The position numbers and the translations under genes were made by a program. From the NCBI GenBank assembly GCA_051362555.1, contig CM120640.1:49826788-49890787 (forward strand): a stretch of 64,000 bases of DNA. The letters run 5' to 3'. Under the pieces are notes generated by a model, which was given only the letters and a program-made list of their open reading frames with translations, did no database searches and was not told the DNA's origin. Position 1 is the stretch's first letter. Every line of letters begins with the position of its first letter. The DNA comes from Lingula anatina. Its lineage: Eukaryota; Animalia; Brachiopoda. Below, piece after piece: positions 1 to 18,900 of the stretch.

Positions 1-541
1 AAAGGTGCAAAATCAGTAAGGAGGGAGTTGAAATGAACTAAAATAGAGAGTATTTCTACAATGTTAGTTACATGTGCTTCATGACCTCTCTTTGTTTTGC
101 CCAACTCTTGTTGGTTGTTTTAATGATATTGATGAAATTCTTACTCATTTGACAGCCTGTCACTTATGTATGGTTTCCAAGAGAAGAAAGATTAGACATG
201 TCTCAAGCTTTCAAAGAAGTGGCTTAAGAATAACCCTTATATACAGAGTTCATCAGAATATTTTTGTTTTCTCATTGGCAAAGTTTACAGAAGCTTGAAT
301 GTCATTTGCTTCATTCTTACCAGTTTAGTGCTTGATGATATTTATAGTTATGAGACAATGATACCACCTCTAGATGATTTACAATTTCTAAGGAAGTGTC
401 AGGTTTTAAGAATATACTAACAGAAGTTGCATTAAAAAGACTTTAGAATCTAAATGCAATATTAGCATTTATTAGCAGGTTATTAGAGAATCTTGAAGTC
501 CTGGGTTGGTCCCTAAAGAGTACTGTATTTTTCCTTTTCAG

Positions 542-6714
<6,173 letters not shown>

Positions 6715-8112
6715 CAAGAGTGTGTACCCAGAGTGCAACCTTCAGTCAAGGTCACAGATTGCCTGAAAGTATTTGCTATGCAGTAGAATTTACCAGTTAT
6801 TCAGAATCCAACATTTACACTTGCATTAGGAACAGATTGTGCCAGAGGACTGTGTTATGGAAGTAGATCTTAAATTATAGGTTTTAGACTCCCCAGGAAA
6901 ACTTGCGAGCTAGAGGTTAAGAGAAAAAGAAAAGTCGATTTCTTGTATAGAAAAAATCTTAAAGATCTGTATTTTATGAACTTGACGAGGACTATCCAGT
7001 TATGGATGTCTATGCATTCCCCTCATAATTCAGTGGATTTTTTTTCACTTCATGGTTGTAAACAGTAATGGGATCAGGTTGGATTCTTCTCAACTGTGAA
7101 ATTTGCTATTTTCAAGAGGTGTCCAAAGACTTTCATTTTTATTAACTATTTTGATTGTCTTAAAGTATCCCGTTGTTGTCCATTGACTAGTCTTATCTGT
7201 TATTGGTGCAAAGTATTCAGTTTAATATATTTTAAATGTTAGAATGGAATTTTTCATTACAGGTGATACAAATTACTCAAGTCTTGTGCATTTATCAATA
7301 TGCAGACATATCTTACATCATTTAAATACTAAGCATTTAGCCAGGTGGATGTTACCCTTTATCTATAGATAGCCATTTCCTTGTCTTGAACAGAACAGTT
7401 ATATATTTACATACATCACTTAGCTTGTTTTTAATCTTTTAATGTAGCTGCTAACAGTTATAACATCCGTAAAAATATTTCTGTTATGCAAGTTTCCGAG
7501 GTAAAAACATTTTTGAAAATTGCTAATGAATGACAATTTGCATAGGAATTTTAATTTTTCTTGACCTCATTTTTAATAACATAAATATATCTGAACATTT
7601 AAGGTTCTGCTAAAATACTGACATAAATACAGGATGAAGTTCAGATATTGTTTTATTGCTAATGGATGTGATGTTATTGTATTCAGTGTCAATATCAGAA
7701 ATTTTCAAATATTTCATACATTGTCAAAGGTGTTGGTGTCTATTTTGTACAGAATTTGCAAGGATAATGTCTTTACCCATCAATTTTTCTCCTCAGATTT
7801 TTATATTTTTGCATATGAAGTCATTTATATATAAATAAAACATATCTGTAGATCTTAAAGCAGTGAACTTACTTTTTGTGACAATAAATCTTCCTTGATA
7901 TATCAACTTTTTCCGTGTCGCTGTGAATAAAAAAAATCTTCAAATGACTCAAGAACTGAGAAATGAACTGAGGTTGAAGTGGAACAAAATGTAGTGTTGT
8001 TATAAAGCTGATATGTCAAGTTGGTTATCATGTTTTAAAAAATTATGAAACAAACAGCAAATATGATGAAATATGATAAATTTTAACATTTAGCCTTCAC
8101 ACAATAATTCCC

Positions 8113-9023
8113 TGCTGGTAGATGGCATAAATCGTGATTGAAAAATAGTTTCAGTATATACTACAATGAATAAACATGTTTAAAATATAATCATTTCTGT
8201 GTGGAATACTGCTGAAATGAAATATAATAATACTAAGTGGTGGATGCCAAATATAAATCATAACCAAAAATTAGTTACGGTATATACTACAGTGTACAGA
8301 TACCTTAATATATAAATTACTATTGCCTAGGTGGAATACTGCTGAACATTTTAACTTGCTTGGCAGTCATGAAATACACCTGTAATATAACTTTGCTTTT
8401 ATGACAATTTCATACATTAGTACTAAAAATCTAACAAAAGTGGTACAATTAAAAGAGGTAGAAACTGGGGATTTCTAAAGCAGAATAATGTAAGTTAACA
8501 AGGTGGCATCTTGGTTTTCATAACAGTCCTGGTATTTTAAAGTTCTGGCTGAAAGCAATCTATCACAAGTTATCACAAGTCATAATCTGTTTGTACTGCA
8601 GCCTTGCTGTTACTGCCCTGCTGCTGCTGAATGTGGTGGTGGATGACAAATATAAATCATGATCAAAAATTAGTTTCAGTATATACTACGATGATCAGAA
8701 ACCTTAAAACTAAACTCACCGCTGCACTGGTAATACTGTTGAAACAAAAAATATGTCTAGCAGTCAAAATACACCATATTTTATATTTTTGCTTCTACAT
8801 GTATAACAGTCTCATTCACTATTACCAAAAATCTAACAAAAGTGGTATAGCATATTAACAGGTAGAGACAGGATTTCCAAAACAGAACACTGAAAGTCAA
8901 CACGGTGGTATCTTGGTTTTTATAACAGTTCCGGTATTTTACAGTTTTGGCTGGTAGCCCTCCATCACAAGTTCATAATCTGTCTGCACTGCAGCCTTGC
9001 TGTATCTGCCCTGTTGCTGCTGA
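8113..9023. repeat. Tandem duplication (~395-bp period) of the ACAD terminal-exon 3' half and proximal 3'UTR
   Basis: 8234-8630 aligns with 8635-9023 (GGTGGATG..AAATATAAATCAT, GTATATACTAC, AAAATCTAACAAAAGTGGTA, ATCTTGGTTTT, CTGCAGCCTTGCTGT). A shorter third partial copy lies at ~8113-8218. Confidence 0.9.
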
Positions 9024-12000
9024 CAAACCACTGGCACCATATCCCTGGCACACCATCTGAAGAAATGTGTGCCGCATTGGAGTTTTGAAATGTAAATAAG
9101 GCAGTCTGTGCATACAACAATTAAAACTCATGTACTTAACTGCTTTGGCTTAATCATATTGGTCATTTTTCAAGGCAATAATTCAAGAAAGACCGACTTT
9201 AAGTCACTACTTTTACCTACCTCTGGGCTGTAGCTATATCAAGTGGGGATGCCTCAGTCCACATTGCATGCTCCACCAATAAAGCTCCTACAAAGATACA
9301 TTACCACTGTCATACATTCTTATAAAAGATTACAGTGAAATATTATTCATTACATTACCGTTTAGCTTTAATCTTCCTATGTAATCTTATACAAATAACA
9401 AAATCAATCACCTATGTATGTTTTTGCCAAACTGAAAGCAAAGTCCCTTGCAGCTACATCTATGCTATCAGTGTTATTCTTGGCAAATTTGAGGATCTCA
9501 TCTGCTGCTTTCTGTATGTTTTCACAACATTGAGACAGTTCTTCTCTTTTTGATGCTGCGGACACTTTGTCCTGTACAGCAGCATAGAAAGCTTTAAGTA
9601 CACGCCCCTCAGTCTTCATTATGGCACGAAGTACATCCAGGGACAGGATGTTGGTGGTCCCTTCCCATATGGGCATAATCTGGATTTGAAAGAAAAAATA
9701 TTGTAAATATTTTACAACAAGTGTGTGTTGAATACATAGTAACATTAAATATCATGGAATTTCAAATTATGACATAGTAAAAAATCTTCGTACCTGTGCA
9801 TCCCTCAAAATTGCAGGAATTCCCGTATCTTCGATAATACCTTGTCCTCCAAAACTTTCTAAACCCTCTGATATAACTCCTATGGACTGTAAAGAAAACA
9901 AAATTGTAGAAGAAGCTGTCCCAAACTGTCTTTAGGTTAAGAAGATACATTAAAAAGGAGGCCCACTGAAGCCTGTTTCATACTTAATGCTGCAAATTCT
10001 TCAAAATTGCACCATTTCTTTAAAAAAAATCTTTGTCAGAGTTTATACCACCACTTCACTTCTTATTATCCAAAATTTACCAAAGTATATCATGTAGGCC
10101 TCGTTGTTAAAGGGATAATAACTCTTCGTTTCGTCCAAATAATGAATTTTCCTGGAGTAAACAACAATTTTCCCATACTCACCAATGGTTAATGAATCCA
10201 TTTTTACATTCAAAGTTAGTACCCGTTTTTTTTCTAAAAAGTTTGGTTTTTTGTTAAAATCTCTTAAGAGATTTTAACAGAGTATAGCCATCAATGGAGG
10301 TTACGTGGTCTAAAGACAAGCTCAGATATCAGAATAATAGCTATAACTGCCGTTTTTGTGGTAAAACAGAATATGTTATATTTCCATGAGTTATTCACAA
10401 TGTTTATATTGTGAAATATAGATCTCATACGAAGAGTTATTATCCCTTTAAAATGCATCAATGATTTTCTCAAGAAAAAATATAAAAAAATAATTATATA
10501 TTACTATATAAAAATAATAAATAAATAAATAAATAAATAAATAGGTGATGAAAAAAAATAGTAATAATTAACCCCCTCTTTTATTTACTAAAGTGCTCTA
10601 ACCTGTTTAGATATATAAAGTTTCACAACTGGGGTCAACAGTCTCAGTAGCAACAAGTCAGTTTCACTGGCAATGTTACAGTCATCAAGGCCAAGTAATC
10701 TACCAACTTCCAAAACCAATATCTCAGCTCCTCTGGTTTCAACCTGAACAAATTGAAAAATGAAGACATAAATCAGAGCCCATGAATACCTTGATATTGC
10801 TACGGATACATGTTTATAACACGCATGCATTTAAAGTGTATATGTCCACAATATCTCTTGCCTCATTCTGTCCAGGAGATCAAATTCCCTAAAATATGCT
10901 CCCAACTTCTAAATAAATATTCAATGTAAAACAATTCACTTCTTTGGACTAGTCCTAGACATAGTTTCCAGAAAGACACTCTCACCTCCATGTGTGCCAG
11001 CGTTTGCATGTGAAGTGGGTAATCACATATTCTCTTCCCAAAGGCCTCCCTCCTGGTGCAGTAGTCTCTGGCCAGGTGGAGCACTCTCCTCATACAGCCC
11101 AGTGACATCATGGCCGTGTGGATCCGGGAGACAGTCAACATGGAGGCTATAGCAGGTACTCCACGACCTTCCTCTGATACCTGTAACGTTATGAAATAGG
11201 GAATGTCACACCAACTAAACTTCCCTGCAATATGATTGAATAAACAGAAAACTATGTTGAGTTGTTTGCAGAGTCGCTCCTAGGTCACAATTTCACCTAC
11301 TGAAATAAATTAGTACCTGCCATATCATAAAAATTAACTACTTTATTAATGTACATCTGCCATGTTACCTTCTGTGCTACTGTTCCATCAAGTAAGAGCT
11401 CAGCTGTAGGCAACTGTTTGGTGCCCATCTTGTTTTTCAATTTCTGAACTTGAATATTGTTTAAACAGCCATCTTCTTGGAACACTTTTAGGTAGAATAG
11501 TGACAAACCTTTGCTGCCCTGTAAAGAAAACATTTTGAATGGACATATATACAGACCACAGTATCTATATATCATACATACATATCATGTGATCTTCTTG
11601 ACACAAATTCTAATCTAATTATATAATTTTTAATTCATAATGAAAAGAAGAAAAGGGTTTTATTAAATAGCATTTGATATACCTTACCGCTACTGACTTC
11701 CCATCAACATCCAAAGTTCTTGCCAATGTAAACGCAATGTCTGAATCTGTTGCTGATGAAAACCATTTATATCCATACAATTTGTAGGTGCCATCACTTT
11801 GAGCTTGAGCCAATGTCTCTGTACCATGCCCTTTTACAAGTTATATGTTGTGTTATTTTTCAATAAACGTATAAGTAAATCCAAATATCTTTCACATAAT
11901 AATTTTACATCTGACATACAGGATTTTCTTGCCAATGTTCTCAATCTCAATGCCTATTTCTAAACTAAACATCAAAACTATGATGTTAATTATCCTAGAA

Positions 12001-14241
12001 TGTTAAATTTGCATTATTATAGGACTGTAAATGTGTAAACACATACCAACATCAGACCCCCCTCTTCTTTCAGTCATCCACTGCCCAGACGTCCAGAACT
12101 TACTGGGCTCTCTGCTGATTAATCTGCTATATGCTGTTTGTAAGGAGTTCCTATGGACATCAGGTAAATTCTATAACAAAGTGAAAATCTTTCAACACAT
12201 ATTTTAAGAATTCTAAGTATTCAAAGTATATGCGTCACCTGTGTAGTTAGAAATAGTTTATAAAGCATGCAGTTTGAAAAACAAAAGAACTATTATACTC
12301 AACCACCCCTGGGACAGTCCAACCACCAGGGATCCTAGGTTCCTGTAACTATTGATTTCTTAATATTAATCATATTACACAGTAATTATTTTTTCATGTA
12401 AAATTCATTAATAATAAACCTGTGAAAAATATTTAATTCACAGAAAGAGAAAACCACACTGCCAACCACCCCAAGGGACCCTACCCCCATGGATACCTCT
12501 GCCTGAGTCTTGACTATTGATAATGAACATCATGCAAGGCTATAAGAAAATAATTATTTATATGAAAAAAAAAAATTATTTACAGGGTCAACCCCATCCA
12601 CGGTCACACTTATTCCCATGTATATCCCTGATGATAGGTCTACCAATTCCCAAAGTTAGAAATTCCTCACTTCAATGGTCAAGTAGGATGACAAAAATAG
12701 TGTAAATTATAAATGTAGCAGAAATTACAAATGTATGGAGGGCCAGATACATGGATGGGCAGGATAACATGATCCCAACCTTTGTCACAAAAGTGCAGAA
12801 AAAACACTCAGAAACCAAAGTTGTACACCAGGCACTAAGCAGCCCCTGTGTCACCATTACTGTTGTAGTTGACATAAAAACTACAAATCAAACATAAATG
12901 ATGCAACACCAATATCCAAAGCAAGTGTTCAAAGTCAAATGTAACAACTATAACAATTTCAAGCATTTTTTAAAGATTATTTTTATCAAAATGCTTGCTG
13001 TAGAGAAGCCAACAGCAGCCTACAATTCAAAGATTGATAGCACTGACCATGCACAAGGTAAAAAAAATATACCTCAATGACTTTAGCTGCTCCATCTGTC
13101 ATTGCTAGTGGACATCCATACAGACCTGAGGATGCTTGAAACAAGGACATTTTGGCAATTTGATACAACCGACTGAAACAAAGACCTTTTCAAATAAAGC
13201 AAATTGTCGTCATACACAAAATCAATGAAAAGTTGATCAGACATTTTTTTTTCACATTTCACTTCAAGAATTACTAAAAGTGACATAATCATGTATATTC
13301 CATTTACCTGAATTGTTCATATTGTCTTTCATATGCAATGGCAATCACACCCTCCTCTGCCGAAATATCATGCATCTTCTTCCAAGCATGACAAGTGTGT
13401 AATCTGTCCACACGGTTTCCCCAGGCATCATACTGCTCTAAAGTGGGAGGGTTGCGATCACATTCCAGATGCAGTTCATAGATGTCTGTGGCTACTCTGT
13501 GTCCAAATTTCTCAAGGTCAGAACTGATTTCTGTAAAAAACTATAAAGAGCAAACAATGCATGGTTATTTCCCATAACATAAATGCCAGAAACAACCTTT
13601 AACACATTCTTTTCATCAAAATAATGTTTCTCATCTCTCTCTCTGTTAGCATGAAATTTATGCATGGCACTCCTACTTACAATTTTGATATCTAAGCTGT
13701 GCTAATGCATAACAGCAAAGGCTTCAAAAAGTATAAAATGAAGACCAGATTCCAAACCAACTGCAGTGCTGGAGCTCTCAAATTTCTATCTTACCTCTCT
13801 CTGGTTTCATTCATGCATAAGCACAGCACAGATATCAAAATCGTCAACAGGAGTGTTAACGCATGAATTTCGTACTATCTGTGTGTGTGCTTTTCTTCTC
13901 TGTCATTTTGTGTCAAACACCTTGAACATTGGTCTAAAAAATAAATAATAAAAACAAGTGTGTATACTGTGGAACAAACAAACCTTATGTGGAATGACAC
14001 GCCTCAAATATCCTTTTAACAATGGATCTTCTGTAAACGTGTTACCCAGCTTTGGATGTGGCTGAAAAAAGTCCCCAATCTTAGCTCTGGTAAACGGGAT
14101 GTAGAGGTTTGTTCCTAAGTCACTTCCACAAGTTCCAACACTCCTTTCTGCAGCAGCCGCAACAGTGGTTTTGCGCCTCAAGCTGTTCCCACATTCTCTT
14201 AGAAAATACAAATTGTTTCTCGGGCATCGAAAAGTCAACAT
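8939..14241 (-). CDS. Acyl-CoA dehydrogenase, AidB / C. elegans ACDH-11 type (usually annotated ACAD11-like)
   Basis: Minus-strand exons ~13984-14241, 13308-13540, 13073-13172, 12048-12171, 11688-11830, 11370-11518, 10987-11180, 10603-10743, 9793-9886, 9413-9678, 9221-9288, 8939-9056. Motifs: [85 protein letters not shown] (catalytic Glu position). The protein ends ...EGYQPKL*. Confidence 0.93.
10111..10447. mobile_element. 337-bp non-autonomous DNA transposon (Kolobok-type MITE) in an ACAD intron
   Basis: Perfect 19-bp TIRs AGGGATAATAACTCTTCGT (10111-10129) and ACGAAGAGTTATTATCCCT (10429-10447), flanked by TTAA on both sides. RR..YY termini with a TTAA target fit Kolobok better than piggyBac. 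Confidence 0.85.
10514..10542. repeat. (AAAT)n microsatellite
   Basis: About 6-7 tetranucleotide copies. Confidence 0.85.
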
Positions 14242-14646
14242 GGCAAATGTTTAAACACATATGTATAGTATCACAAACTGCAGATAAAAAACATCAGGCA
14301 GAGGCTAGCGCTCGTTTACCTTCGAGCACGGATGCACGGACTCCCAGCACTTTTGACCCACTTATCCCAAGACGATGTACAGTCAAACTTTTGTAACAAC
14401 AAACTCTGTCGTAAACCAACAGGCTATGAGAATTAGGGGTATTAAGGAGCAATTGTGGCCAAAATTCTCTAGGTTTTATAAAAATATTTTTATTGCATGG
14501 TTTTAAAATTATTTGGTTTTTGTACGAGGTAGCTTTGGGTAGGTCTTATATCATAATTTGGCCCATAGAAGCGCCATCTAGGGAGTAATTATATTATTTT
14601 TGGTCGCCATTGTATTTCTCCCGAAACGTGAAATAAGAAACACAGG
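14242..14646. promoter_or_regulatory. Putative bidirectional promoter shared by ACAD (-) and SUPT6H (+)
   Basis: The ACAD ATG (14241) and the probable SPT6 non-coding exon donor (14646) are ~400 bp apart. CpGs are locally more frequent than in the gene bodies. CGCCAT (YY1-like) motifs occur at ~14572 and ~14605. Confidence 0.65.
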
Positions 14647-15067
14647 TATGTGAGTATTTATTCATAAAATGGTATGAATTACAACCAAGCAGAACTGTTA
14701 AGAATTTACTTGAGCTTTTAAGCCTAAATGCCTGTATTGTGTCCTTTTTTTAACAATGTAAGCAGCATTGTAAATTTAAACACTCGTCAAGTTCACCAAC
14801 TAAGTTTTACGTATTAACACAAAATCTGATTTCAACTGATACCAGGTGCACAGCTGCGTGGCTCCATGGCTTATTCAGTGCAATTCTGATATACATTGTC
14901 AACTAACAGTGCCAAAAACCATTGATGCTGTTGTATCTGTGTGATAAAGCTTTAAAACTTCATAGGTTTTGGTTTGCCATAATCAATCTCTCGCCCTCCC
15001 ATTCCACGTTATTTTTTTCACTTATAATGGTGATAAGTCAACATATTATTATAACGTTCCAGCTCTG

Positions 15068-15271
15068 TTACTCTTCAGCATCAATACTCCCCTGCACCTT
15101 GCTACCCTGTATCATTATTTCCCGCAGGACATCTAAAACATGATTCTTAATTTTGAAACCTTACTGCCAAAACCAGGATCCATACGTAACAAAATTGTCA
15201 TTTTGTCATACAAAAAGTGATGAAAGGGGGTAACAGTGTAAGGGAGTATTGATTTGATCTAGGAGAGTAAC
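15068..15271. repeat. Old imperfect inverted repeat (foldback/MITE remnant) in SPT6 intron 1
   Basis: GTTACTCT..ATCAATACTCCC..CAC..TACCC..TCAT (15068-15117) is the approximate reverse complement of 15218-15271. Additional GAGTAAC units extend to ~15360. Confidence 0.6.
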
Positions 15272-15937
15272 AATGCAAAGAGGTAATGAAGTGGTACAAA
15301 TATCGTGATATTGCTAGCAGGAGTAACAGTATGAAGAAGTAACCATGTGGGGGAGTAACAAATCAAAGCAGTGAATTGTAAGAGATGACCCCTTTTGCAA
15401 AGGGCATGTATCACACTGTTGTCTTTTCTCCTAAACACTGAAAATCCAGTGATTTTTAACTGTAAAACTGTTGAGAAGAATTTTAATTGTTAAAGAATTA
15501 TATTTTTGAATATCTGTTGGTCACTATTAGTATTGATTTTCAATACTGCATTTATTGGTTTTATCCAAATCCCAGCACCATTCTGTAACAATTATTACAA
15601 GGCATGTGGATTTGAGAATTATTGTAATGGTATCCTCTTAGTATTTATGCATGTTTAGCAATTATGTAAACTTAAATGGGAGTTCAGGAGCTAAGTCATT
15701 ATGGGCATAATGGTAGATATTACTTTTTGAGTACTTATTAATAATTTTGTATAAGACTTTTTTTGAGATCATTAAGATCTGTGTATGATGTAATTACATT
15801 CAAATGTCCTGTGTAACAAAACATAAGACGTTAGCAAACTTAAAAAAAAAGTTGAATAAGTTGTTTTGTTAAGTAATAGCTCATGAAAGATAATGTTTGA
15901 AATCTGCTTTCTGCTATTAGGAGAAGAATAAGTAACC

Positions 15938-18900
15938 ATGTCAGACTTCATGGACGATGAAGCCAGTGTTAGCAGTGGAAGTGAAGATGCCAGTGACGAT
16001 GAACAGAAGAAGCCTGACAAAAAGAAGAAAAGCAAAAAACAAGCCATAAATTCTGATAGCGAAGACAGCGATGAAGAAGAAGAGGAGGAAGATGGTAAGT
16101 GGGTTTTTCAGTATAGATGTTAGCTTTTATTGTATTTTTTTTACCATAATGTTGATTTACTGATTATTATAACTTCCTAAAATTTTGCAACATCGCAGTG
16201 ATTACCTCAGAGTTAAATAGAATGGCTCGTGAGTATTAAATTATTTTGTTTTGGTGTTTAAAATCACTCCTATTTTTATTTATTCTGTAAATCTCCAATT
16301 GTGTCTTTTTAGATGAGGCAGAGGATGGTATGTACAGTTATGTTTTAGCTGTTGTTGAATGTTAGACTAGACTAAAAGAGCCATTGAAACACAAATGGGA
16401 ATGTTAACATAATTATTTATTGTATTAACAGTATATGTTATTTGTTAGAATTTATATACAAATTTTGCTTTCACTCATTAGATAAACGAAGAAAATTACC
16501 CCTCAGCACTAACCTCAAGAATTGTATTATTCTGCACTTGATATTAGGTGTTTTGCTCTCACTTACCAATTCTTCATTCAACAAAATTCTTTTGTATTGT
16601 TGGCTGAATACAAAGAATATTTTACATCTTTTTTTTTTTTTTATATATTTGGATAAAACTGAAATATCTTTTGTTCTCATTTTGTATTCAAGGCTCTATG
16701 AATTAGCTTTATATTCCTTATTCCTATAGCATGGATCAGTTGTGGCTAGCTGTTGGTGTCTTTCATAGAACCTTTATATCATGAATGCATTTTGTCGTTT
16801 GTTTTTGTTTACATTTTTATCAGATGATGATAAAATACGAGAAGAAATGAAGGATCTTATCAATGATGAGGAAGAGGAGGAGGAAGGACCTGCCAGTGAG
16901 GATGAGAAAAAGGAGGATTCAGATATTGATGACCAGTTGGAGGAGGATGATTATGACTTGATTGAGGAAAACTTGGGAATTAAAGTGCAAAGAAAAGTGA
17001 GTATGATCTGTATACTATTTATGTATTGAAAACAATGGAAATATGTGGTTGGTGTTATGCATTCTTTAATTATGCTGTATAGTGAATTTTTCAACAGACA
17101 TAAAGTATTATCAAATTTGGAGTTGTTAACATTTTGATAAATCTTGTCTGCACAAGCTGTAGTATATTGAAATAAATATGTAACCCGTAATACCCTGGGC
17201 ATGGTAGAACTTAGGGTTTCAATTAGTTATCATGTTTATGTGAAGTCAAATTTGCTTAAGCATGATATAAGCATGTTATTGTTCAGACATAGGAAGTGTG
17301 GTTTGTTTTGTTATTTTCAAATATGTTTTACATTGTATTTGTTGTAATTTTGTAATCTGGTAGATATTAGGGTAGCCTCAAAAGTAATTTGAACAAAAAG
17401 AGCTTACAGTTTAATGCCAGATGTGTATACAGTGCATTTTGGGAGGTTCATTTAGGATATGTAGGTAATAAAGAAAAACATGTTTTGACTTTTTGAGATT
17501 CAAAATATCAAGACACATACAATTTCATCCCCATTTTTCATCATTTTTCATCATTAGCGCAAGCACACCCGAATCAGAGTGCTGTCAGATGATGAAGACA
17601 GCGACAAAGATGATGAACCAGAGGCCAAGAAGGGCAAAGAGACAATAGCTAACCAGATTTTTGAGGGGGATGATGATGACTTACCTGATACTCAGATGGA
17701 GGAAACCTCACAACAGGAACCAGAAGAGAAGTTTGGGGAGTTAGAAGAATCTGAGGAAGAGTCAGGTAAAGTGTTTGTTGATACAGTTGACTAAGCAAAG
17801 ATAGGTATTTAAGATGTCTAATTTTCTCACTTGTTTTGTCTTGGTAGATCATATTTAAGAACTTATTGATAATTAATTTGTTGTAATATTTGCAGATGTT
17901 GATGACTTCATTGTTGACGATGAAGGGCAGCCCATAAGTAAAACTAAAAAGAAAAAGCATATTATCCACACTGACAGGTAAGACAATTGTTTATTTTAAG
18001 GCCTGTAATCATTTTGAAGTATTTATCTGTCTTTTTAAGCATAAAGGAAAAAAATAATCAGACATTTTGAAATAATGGTTGTTTTTGTTTGTAGAGTGAT
18101 AATGCCAGTACTGTATAACGACCTGACATATTTTATGTTCTAGTGCTCTCCAAGAGGCCCAGGATATCTTTGGTGTAGATTTTGACTTTGCAGATTTTGA
18201 TCAATATGGTAGTGAATATGAAGAAGATGAACTTGAGGAAGAGGTTTGTTATTCTACTGTGTGTTCTCTAGTCAAATTAAAAAAATATTACAGCATTGCA
18301 CTGTTTGAATTTTATATGTTATATTACAATATAACCTATGAAAATGTCTAAAAGATTTTGATGTTTCACATGTCAGGTGTGTTAATTAAATGTGTTACGA
18401 CATTTCAGTACGAAGAAGAGATGGAAGGGGAAGAAGGTACTGTCAAACCGAAGAAAAAGACCTCCAAGAAAAGGGCCAAAAAGAGTATATTTGAGGTACA
18501 AAATAGTTTTGATATTTAGCTTTTTTAATCATGAATACACAAGTTTTATATTGATTTATCCTTTTATCTGGTATAGCAATTATTAACAGCAAGTCAGAAG
18601 GTTTTTACACAAATTTAAATCATATTTCAATTGTATCCTGAAATTGTATTTATTGGATTTTGTAATTGTGCAAATAATTGTTCTTCAATCTTTAATTGTG
18701 TATTTGACTCAGTTTTAACCTTCTCTGTCTTCTGTGGCAGGTATACGAGCCCAGTGAGCTGGAGAAAGCACATTTAACAGATGTGGACAATGAAATCAGG
18801 ACCACAGATATGCCTGAGAGATTTCAAGTATGAATTAAATTATCATAATGACACATGCTATTAAGTAAACGAATGACTTGTGTTTGTTTCTTCATGCAGC

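Noticed and set aside
8939-14241. Recent horizontal transfer or contamination of bacterial aidB
   Set aside because: The gene has 11 canonical spliceosomal introns and host-like composition, and the subfamily is known in other animals.
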